The position numbers and the translations under genes are program-made. DNA of 64,000 nucleotides. Source: Eubacteriales bacterium. Lineage in GTDB: Bacteria; Bacillota; Clostridia; Peptostreptococcales; Anaerovoracaceae. The stretch is from positions 1,083-65,082 of the forward strand of contig JBAWWY010000007.1 in assembly GCA_037144355.1 (NCBI GenBank), given 5' to 3'. Below, in pieces: positions 53,749 to 61,094 of the stretch. Under the pieces are notes generated by a model. That model did not search any database. It was not told the DNA's origin and was given only the letters and a program-made list of their open reading frames with translations. Every line of letters begins with the position of its first letter. Within the stretch, counting starts at the first letter, position 1.

Positions 53749-55713
53749 TTATTCTTTTGATTTTTGCTTTGCCAGATTATAGATAGTTGTCCTGTTTATT
53801 TTTAAAATTCTTGCTGCTTCACTAACGTTTCCATCAGTTTGTCGCAAGACTTTATTTATATGAGACTTGACAGTTTCATCAAGGGATAATTCTGTATTCC
53901 CTTCTCCCAGCTTACCGTTAACATTATTCATCTGAACTATATCTGATGGAAAATCTTCTCTCTTGATCTTATTATCTTCTGACATCATAATAGCTCTTTC
54001 TACAGCATTATGAAGCTGTCTTATATTCCCAGGCCAATCATAATATTCAAGTAAAGCCATAACTTTCTTGTCTATACTCTTTTTCGTATTGAATTCCTTT
54101 ATGAAATGTTCAACAAGCAAAGGTATGTCTTCTCTTCGTTCTCTTAATGCCGGTAATTTAATGTAGATGACATTTAACCGATAATAAAGATCTTCTCTGA
54201 AATTCCCTCTCTTGACTTCGTCTTCAAGATTGCAGTTTGTTGCAGTTAGAACCCTTACATCAATTGGTATAGGTGTCGTTCCCCCTATACGTGTGATTTT
54301 TTCCTCTTGAAGAACCCTTAGCATTTTAGCTTGCATTTCCATGGGCATATTGCCAATTTCATCAAGGAAAATAGTTCCACCATTTGCCAGCTCAAATTTT
54401 CCAAGTTTGCCATCGCGACGTGCGCCGGTAAAAGCTCCTTCCTCGTATCCAAACATTTCGCTTTCAATAAGCGCATGGGGAATGGCTCCACAGTCTACAG
54501 CTATAAAAGGCTTGTTTTTCCTCAAGCTTTCATTATGTATTGCCTGAGCAAACATTTCCTTGCCAGTTCCACTTTCCCCCTCAATCAAAACCTTGAAATT
54601 GTAATTTGATGCCTTTTGTGCAAGGGAAATCGCTTCTTTGATTTTATTTGAATTTCCGATTATTTGATTGAAAGTAAAAAAAGCCGTATATTTGTTTATC
54701 TTTCTAGCAAGCATTCGAATTTCTTCGGTCCTTGTAAATATAAGCACATAACTAGATTGGCTTTCATCAATATATTCCAAGCTAAGTAGGCAGTGCTGGA
54801 TTTTATTTTTTTGCTTTACGCTTACTTCCACATACTTGTCAACTTTTATACGGTTTAAGGCTTCCTCAATGCCAGGTGTTGTTTTTATTGCATCCCATAA
54901 AATTTTGCCGATGACTTCGTTGTCCTTCTCCCCAAGAATTTCAGCCATGGCTTTGTTTATCTGAGCTATTATTCCATTTTTAACGTAAACAACTCCATCA
55001 GTTACTGCGCTTAACGTTGCTGCAAGATGACTGTTATTTTCAATAAGAACGTTGTTTATTCTCTGAATTCTGATTTCGTTTTCAATAGCTTTTGCAGTGG
55101 CTGCTATCATGCCTAAAGTATGTTCGTGGGTCAATTCATATCTACCTGAAATATTTATTATTCCTAGTAAATTATTATTTGAATCCAAAATTGGCGCTGC
55201 TGAACATGTCCATCTATGCAGTATCTGCCTATAATGTTCCGCACCAGCTATTTGGATGGGATGCTTGTTTATTTTTGCCATTCCAGTGGCAGTTGTTCCC
55301 ATTACTTCTTCCGACTGGTTTGATCCAGGTAGCGAATTGGTCTTTTGAGACAATTCAAGTGTTTCAGCATCCCCCATTGTTATCAAAACATTACAGTGTC
55401 TATCGCATAAATCTACCCTGAATCCAGAATTTTCAACTAGTTTGAAAAGCATCTTCATGAAGGGAAGTGCAACATTGATAAAACTTTTATTGTCGCTTTT
55501 TAGACTCTCCAATTTGCTTTCCGAAATTAGTTCCTGCTTTTTAATATCCAATGGATCAAGGCCAAAATTTCTACAACGTTTCCATGATTCCGCTACTTCC
55601 ATTTCTATTATGTCACTGTTAACTTGTCCTGACTTGATAAAATCCACCCATGCATTTTCAAAGGCAAGCAGTTCAGGGCTATAATGATAATAAAACGGGT
55701 TGAAATTGCTCAT
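53749..55713 (-). CDS. Sigma-54-dependent transcriptional activator, paralogue 2
   Basis: 654 aa, collinear with 25539-27521: GESGTGKEMFAQAIHN, FIAVDCGAIP, GAFTGA, FLDEIGNMPMEMQAKMLRVLQE, and a C-terminal HTH. Confidence 0.9.
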   Translation of the reverse strand: MSNFNPFYYHYSPELLAFENAWVDFIKSGQVNSDIIEMEVAESWKRCRNFGLDPLDIKKQELISESKLESLKSDNKSFINVALPFMKMLFKLVENSGFRVDLCDRHCNVLITMGDAETLELSQKTNSLPGSNQSEEVMGTTATGMAKINKHPIQIAGAEHYRQILHRWTCSAAPILDSNNNLLGIINISGRYELTHEHTLGMIAATAKAIENEIRIQRINNVLIENNSHLAATLSAVTDGVVYVKNGIIAQINKAMAEILGEKDNEVIGKILWDAIKTTPGIEEALNRIKVDKYVEVSVKQKNKIQHCLLSLEYIDESQSSYVLIFTRTEEIRMLARKINKYTAFFTFNQIIGNSNKIKEAISLAQKASNYNFKVLIEGESGTGKEMFAQAIHNESLRKNKPFIAVDCGAIPHALIESEMFGYEEGAFTGARRDGKLGKFELANGGTIFLDEIGNMPMEMQAKMLRVLQEEKITRIGGTTPIPIDVRVLTATNCNLEDEVKRGNFREDLYYRLNVIYIKLPALRERREDIPLLVEHFIKEFNTKKSIDKKVMALLEYYDWPGNIRQLHNAVERAIMMSEDNKIKREDFPSDIVQMNNVNGKLGEGNTELSLDETVKSHINKVLRQTDGNVSEAARILKINRTTIYNLAKQKSKE

Positions 55714-56297
55714 TATTTTTCTCCATCACGTTGGAATTGTTTTGTGAAATCATATATTAAATTAATAAGTTTCGATATAGATTCAATTTCCTTATCCCAA
55801 ATTTTAACCTGATATGCTATTGGGGGAATAATCATCCACACCATGCTGCCGGCATAGGGAGTTATCTTGACGGTGAGTTTTTCTTCATCGCTTGAATAAT
55901 TTACAGTAATTGTTTCAATCTGAACTTCCCTCAACAATATATTGAATTTGCTTAGAGTTTTATATTGATTGAATAAATTAACGTATTCCTTGTCGCCTCT
56001 TATATTGACAAGACTTCCCTTAGTGCCTATCATTCCCTTAAGCTGGAGTTTGCAGTCAAAATCATCAAATCCCTTTACATCATATATTTTAACAATGCAT
56101 TCTGCTCTATAAATCTTCGAGAAAAAACTATCTTTTATATTTTGTCTTAGAAGAAAAGTATCTTCTCCTTCCAAATCAAATAAAAAAGCTTCCCCATTTA
56201 TATCGTAATCTCCAAATTGCTTTGAAAATACATTTGCTTGCTGCAAGAATGATTTTTTAGTCTTAGCTATCGCAATACTATTTTGAAATCTTGTCAT
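55713..56297 (-). CDS. Hypothetical protein, translationally coupled (ATGA overlap) to the sigma-54 activator gene
   Basis: 194 aa. No family recognised with confidence. Its stop overlaps the regulator ATG by 1 nt. Confidence 0.45.
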   Translation of the reverse strand: MTRFQNSIAIAKTKKSFLQQANVFSKQFGDYDINGEAFLFDLEGEDTFLLRQNIKDSFFSKIYRAECIVKIYDVKGFDDFDCKLQLKGMIGTKGSLVNIRGDKEYVNLFNQYKTLSKFNILLREVQIETITVNYSSDEEKLTVKITPYAGSMVWMIIPPIAYQVKIWDKEIESISKLINLIYDFTKQFQRDGEK

Positions 56298-56320
56298 TGG
56301 ATTACTCCTTTAATAAAACC

Positions 56321-56355
56321 GGGGCTGCCAATTCAACTTTCCATTTAACAGCCCC
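56321..56355 (-). terminator. Possible terminator/attenuator hairpin after the alcohol dehydrogenase gene
   Basis: Minus strand: GGGGCTG-21 nt-CAGCCCC followed by GGTTTTATT. The loop is long, so support is weak. Confidence 0.35.
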
Positions 56356-56408
56356 TTGGATTAAAATATCGTATGACTTAGGTGCCGGTTTTTTAGCAGG
56401 TCAATAGT

Positions 56409-57572
56409 TTAACTCCCACTATATGCCTTGATAAATATATCAAGATAATCAGATTTTGTTATAACCCTGCAATTGCTTCCAGAGGAAACATTTACTGAAG
56501 ATCTTTGAGCAAGCTCTTCAAGGTCTCCAATCAAAACTCCTACGTCAACAAGAGTAGGCATATTAAGGTCTTTGTTTAGTTTCCTTACAGCCTCCACAGC
56601 CTTATACGCAGCTTCGATTTGAGTAAGTCCTTGAATATTCTCTCCCATAGCTAGGGCTATTCTAGCGTGTTTTTTTGGGTCTGCAAGATAATTATACTCC
56701 ATCACATACGGAAGCAAAATTGCATTTGCGACTCCATGAGGGGTATCGTACAATCCCCCAACAGCTTCTGCCATGCTATGTACTGCCGCTATATCGGAGT
56801 TTCCGAATGCTATCCCGGCAATGAGACTTGCGAGAAGCATATTCGCCTTGTTATCCTGGCATTCTGTGAACACCGCGCCTCTAATATTTTCAGAAATCTG
56901 TTCAATTGCATAAAGTGCCACAGCATCTGTAATAGGCTCGGACAAAAGGCATGTGTATCCTTCTATTGCATGTGTAAGCGCATCAATTCCTGTTGATGCT
57001 GTAATCTTAGGTGGAAGTTTGCTTACCATAAGCGGATCAACTAAAGCTACTCTTGGAGCGATTAGCGGACTTCCAACACTCATTTTAAATTTTCTCTTGG
57101 TATCTGTAATTACTGACCAAAAGGTAACTTCACTTCCTGTGCCAACTGTTGTAGGTATTGCGATTATTGGTGTAATTGGTCTAAGAACACTATCAAGCCC
57201 TTCATAATCATTAATAACACCACCATGTGTTACGACAACGCCGATACCTTTTGCAACATCCATGGAGCTACCGCCACCAACTGCAACCAATACGTCAATA
57301 CCATTAGCCAATGCTTTTTCCGCCCCGTGTTGCACTGTTGTATCTCTAGGATTTGGTTCAACATCGTCAAAAATAATTGTTTCAATATTTAATTCCTCAA
57401 GAGACTTTAAGATTCCATTCAGTAGCCCCGCCGCAATGATACCCTTGTCAGTTACAATCATTGCCTTCTTACATCCAAGCGCCGCGACTTCTTTACCTGT
57501 CTCAAGAGCTCTTCCGGATCCAAATTTTATTATTGTGGGTAGGATAAAGTCAAAATTTTCCAAGTTAGCCAT
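56409..57572 (-). CDS. Iron-containing (group III) alcohol dehydrogenase
   Basis: 387 aa. GGGSSMDVAKG, and the His-rich metal site region DALTHAIE...AAVHSMAE...HGVANA. Confidence 0.85.
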   Translation of the reverse strand: MANLENFDFILPTIIKFGSGRALETGKEVAALGCKKAMIVTDKGIIAAGLLNGILKSLEELNIETIIFDDVEPNPRDTTVQHGAEKALANGIDVLVAVGGGSSMDVAKGIGVVVTHGGVINDYEGLDSVLRPITPIIAIPTTVGTGSEVTFWSVITDTKRKFKMSVGSPLIAPRVALVDPLMVSKLPPKITASTGIDALTHAIEGYTCLLSEPITDAVALYAIEQISENIRGAVFTECQDNKANMLLASLIAGIAFGNSDIAAVHSMAEAVGGLYDTPHGVANAILLPYVMEYNYLADPKKHARIALAMGENIQGLTQIEAAYKAVEAVRKLNKDLNMPTLVDVGVLIGDLEELAQRSSVNVSSGSNCRVITKSDYLDIFIKAYSGS

Positions 57573-57590
57573 TCCTAGTAATCCCCCTTT

Positions 57591-58985
57591 CTACTTTACA
57601 TCCTCAATCTCATGATGCCAGCTCTTTTCAACTTCTTCAAGTGCAACTGGTTCAAAACAATTCTTTTTCATTACAAATTTAACCCAGATTAGAGAGTATG
57701 CCATGAAAACTGTGCAGAAAGCTCCAGCAATCATAAATACTGATCTTTTAATAACTGGGTCTGGATGAATCGTCAAAATCATGTAGATACAGGCTAATAT
57801 TCCTAACACCTGTGGGATAGGAAAGAAAGGCGATCTAAATGGTCTTGGAAGATCAGGATATGTTTTTCTAAGAATAATAACATCTATCTGGGCAATTATG
57901 TATGAAATCAACCATGTTACGCATGCAACTGAAATCATTGTCATAATCCCATTGATATCTCTTGAGAATAACAATGGAGAAGCAAGACATGCCGCAACAG
58001 CAAAAATAGCTACCCATGGTGTTCTGAATTTCGGATGTAGATAAGAAAATACCCTTGGAAGCATACCATCTCTAGCAAGTCCATATAACATTCTTGGAAC
58101 TGCCGCAACATGGGAGTTGATTGAACTGCCACCAGCTAGTATAGTTGCGATAGCTAGGAATATAACACCATTTTGTCCCATCATCGCTCTAGCGCCTTCA
58201 AGTTGAGGAACGCTTGATGTAGTTAAAATCGCTGGATCAACATATCGTAAAATTGCTTCACCAAAAAGCATGTCGCAAACAAAGATAGTCAATAATCCAA
58301 TAATCATTGCTTTCGGTATATTTTTTTCTGGCTGAACAATTTCTTCGGCCATTGGGCATACATATTCTATCCCGATATAGAGCCAGATACCGCCCGCTAT
58401 ACTTTGCGCTACAACATTCCAACCACCTGGATTAAAGACAACACTTTCCAGCATTGGGTTTACAGTACCAACACCAAGAAGACCCATTGTTCCAAGAATT
58501 AACAATGCTGCCATCATGGCTATTGTCATAATCAACTGCAACATGCCATAAATTTCTACACCAAGTAAGTTGACAATTAAAAATAGTAGAAGAAGAAGTC
58601 CGGCAAAAAGTTTATAATTAATTCCCCATACAGTTTCAGCGCATAAACCTGAAACTATGGACTCCATTGCTCCCCCAGCAGATACAAGTACAATGTATCC
58701 AGACAGAACTCCAAAGATTGCCATTGAACGACCCATTGCTGGGAGCGTATACTCTGCTATCATGCCAGCGCCAGGTATTGCACTAGCTAGTTCAGCATAA
58801 GATAAAGTTACTATTAAGCTTACGATCAATGCAATAAATGCCGGGATAAAAAAAACTGGTCCTACAAGCCCAAAGTAGTATGCTAAAGATACCATGGTTG
58901 TTCCAGCAACCACTAGTCCAACTGCTACTCCATAAGCCTGCCAAAAGCCTAGTACCCTGTTTAGGGTGACTTCTTGTTTTGACAT
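57591..58985 (-). CDS. APC-superfamily amino-acid/amine permease
   Basis: 464 aa with about 12 TM. SYAELASAIPGAGM motif. Confidence 0.8.
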   Translation of the reverse strand: MSKQEVTLNRVLGFWQAYGVAVGLVVAGTTMVSLAYYFGLVGPVFFIPAFIALIVSLIVTLSYAELASAIPGAGMIAEYTLPAMGRSMAIFGVLSGYIVLVSAGGAMESIVSGLCAETVWGINYKLFAGLLLLLFLIVNLLGVEIYGMLQLIMTIAMMAALLILGTMGLLGVGTVNPMLESVVFNPGGWNVVAQSIAGGIWLYIGIEYVCPMAEEIVQPEKNIPKAMIIGLLTIFVCDMLFGEAILRYVDPAILTTSSVPQLEGARAMMGQNGVIFLAIATILAGGSSINSHVAAVPRMLYGLARDGMLPRVFSYLHPKFRTPWVAIFAVAACLASPLLFSRDINGIMTMISVACVTWLISYIIAQIDVIILRKTYPDLPRPFRSPFFPIPQVLGILACIYMILTIHPDPVIKRSVFMIAGAFCTVFMAYSLIWVKFVMKKNCFEPVALEEVEKSWHHEIEDVK

Positions 58986-59060
58986 ATTTTTCTCCTTTCG
59001 TAATCAGAAATAAATTAATACCATATTTCTCAATTGAAATAACTTATCAAATTACTAATT

Positions 59061-59076
59061 CGCAAGAAGCGTGCCA
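59061..59076 (-). promoter_or_regulatory. Sigma-54 (-24/-12) promoter for the permease/alcohol-dehydrogenase operon
   Basis: Minus strand reads TGGCACGCTTCTTGCG, a full match to TGGCACG-N4-TTGC. It lies ~75 nt upstream of the ATG at 58985. Confidence 0.8.
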
Positions 59077-59093
59077 TTGACTAAAAGGTTACT

Positions 59094-59258
59094 TTTTCAA
59101 CACTATATATAAAAAACTGGTTTCAATTTTAGAATATTTGTGAGAAATTCATAATTATGTTTATATATTCTACACTATATCATTTTATTATAATCTTTGG
59201 TGTTTATATTTTCAACACATACTAATTATTTTCGCTTATATGATGATATTTTCAACAC
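59094..59258. promoter_or_regulatory. Three copies of TTTTCAACAC upstream of the sigma-54 promoter (candidate activator binding sites)
   Basis: Copies at 59095-59104, 59209-59218 and 59249-59258, in the same orientation. The last two are 40 nt apart and lie ~135-175 nt upstream of the -24 element. Confidence 0.45.
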
Positions 59259-59378
59259 TAATTGATATCGGATCAATAACTATCTCAACTCTGATGTGTC
59301 ACTATTTATAGTGTTATCGAAAGATCAGAAATCTAAAATCAAATTTGGTTATCCTCGTAAAAAGTAAACCAAAATGAA

Positions 59379-59406
59379 AGAAGTCTCTCAAGTTTGAGAG
59401 ACTTCT
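59379..59406 (-). terminator. Rho-independent terminator after the SLH/FN3 gene
   Basis: Minus strand: AGAAGTCTCTCAA-ac-TTGAGAGACTTCT followed by TTCATTTT. Confidence 0.75.
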
Positions 59407-59443
59407 CGGCATTTGGAGTCAAATTTAGTTCATGATATGCTGC

Positions 59444-60720
59444 TTAGTTTATCTTATACTCGGCAGTAAGGCCAGTGCTTCCATTTCCTTCAGCATCAAA
59501 AGCCCTAACTTTGAAAATGTAAGTTAAATCTGTGTCCAAACCATTTACCTTTAAACTATTTACCTTGGAATCTAAAGTTTTGATTTTGATGTCGTTTTTA
59601 TAAACTACATATTCTGTAACTGCGATGTTATCAATTGCATCAGGCCATTCCAAAGTGATGCTGCTTGGAGTAACTGTAGATGGGTCAATTGTCAATTCAG
59701 CATCATTTGGCCATGTTGGGATTTCAACGTCAGAAGATTCAAGTGTAGTTGCCTGGATGGAAGGTCCGTCATTTGACCAGTTTCCGGCGGCATCCCTTGC
59801 TTCAATGGCGAAATTGTATTCTTCGTCGGGGAGCAAACCTGTTACTTTTGTTGTCTTGTCAAAGGAGACAAATTTTGTCTTTTGAATATCCGATTCGCCA
59901 ACCAAGTCATATATAACCTTGTATCCTATTACCTGCTCATTATCCGATGCACCTGACCATTTTAATACTATGCTTGTGGAAGCAATGTTTGAAGCAGTTA
60001 ATGTGCTGTCATCCGCCCAAGTTGGGAGTGTTTTATCGTTAGACTCATTGTTTAATATATTGTCTAGGATTTTGGCCATTTCAGCTCTTCTCAATAAATT
60101 GTTTGGATTGAAGTTCCCATCAGGATAACCTTTTACATAACCTGCTTCATAAAGTGCTACCAGATATCCGTAGTCCTCATCGTTGATTTTCAATCTATCC
60201 TAAAAGGATTTACACTAAAATCAGTAACTGGATCAAACTTTAATGCTTTTGCAAGAGCTATTGCTGCAGTCAAACGGTCACACTGTACTTGAGAATGAAA
60301 TCTTTTCAAGTTCAGATAATTATTTTTAGCGCCATCTGCTACAGCTTTTTTTGCCCACCCTGGAACATTTTTCAAGTATGCATCATTTGTATCTTCATCT
60401 GAGTTATTGTTATTCAAGTCGGAATTGTCATCATTTTCCAAATCTACATCTTCAGTATTATCTGAATTCTGCCTCATTTGTACTAGTCTTTCGATGATAA
60501 CCGCAAGTTCATCCTGGGTTAGTGTATTGTCCGGTTTGAAAGTGCCATCCTCATAACCGTTTAACAGGTTTAATTCCTGCAATTTAAGGATTGACTGGGA
60601 GCCCCAATGCCCCTTGATGTCTTTGAAACTGTTACCATTGCCCTGCTTGGCAAAAGCAGTACCGGCAGTCATTGTCATTAGAAAAGCCAATATAAGAATA
60701 GTTGATATGGTTTTTCTCAT
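59444..60720 (-). pseudogene. S-layer-homology (SLH) + 2x fibronectin-III surface protein, apparently split by a +1/-1 frameshift near 60190
   Basis: ORF 60190-60720 has a signal peptide and two SLH units (FKDIKGHWGSQSILKLQELNLLNGYEDGTFKP...). It ends in TGA in the middle of a third SLH unit. That unit continues in another frame in ORF 59444-60193 (...YLVALYEAGYVKGYPDGNFNPNNLLRRAEMAKIL), followed by two FN3 units. Confidence 0.5.
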
Positions 60721-60956
60721 TATAAATACCTCCTTTTATTTAAAAGCCAACCCACTAGCTGGAAAATTAATCAGTAGGAATTTGTGACCGGACAATTGAC
60801 TTGTAAATAGCAGTTTAAGTTCGTTCCTATGATTTTGTACTATAGTTCTTCCTTCATTTATATTCAATAGTTTAAATATTAATAGAATGTTAACATTTAT
60901 ACTTGAAATGCGCTTTATCAAGTAGTATTGTGAAATTGAAATTAGGATGCGACGAC

Positions 60957-61028
60957 AATCTGATCCTATGTGGACGCTCTGATCAGATTAGAGCAAACAG
61001 CGTAACCGGCCATGTTGGCTGGTTTTTT
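60957..61028 (+). promoter_or_regulatory. Structured 5' leader with a pseudoknot-capable fold and an intrinsic terminator upstream of the surface-protein gene (riboswitch/attenuator candidate, class unassigned)
   Basis: Helix AATCTGATC (60957-65) / GATCAGATT (60981-89). The loop segment ACGCT (60974-78) can pair with AGCGT (60999-61003). The terminator AACCGGCC-atgt-TGGCTGGTTTTTT (61004-61028) ends 67 nt before the ATG at 61095. Confidence 0.5.
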
Positions 61029-61094
61029 GTTTTCTACCCCATATTTTACATGATATTTTTTATTGTAAATCGATACGATTTAGGAGGTGTAAAG

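Noticed and set aside
60736-60921. A 61-aa minus-strand ORF, and the long N-terminal extension (60903-61094) of the plus-strand surface-protein ORF.
   Set aside because: Both lie in the divergent intergenic/leader region. The plus-strand gene has a clear AGGAGG RBS and a signal peptide starting at 61095, and the extension runs through an intrinsic terminator.
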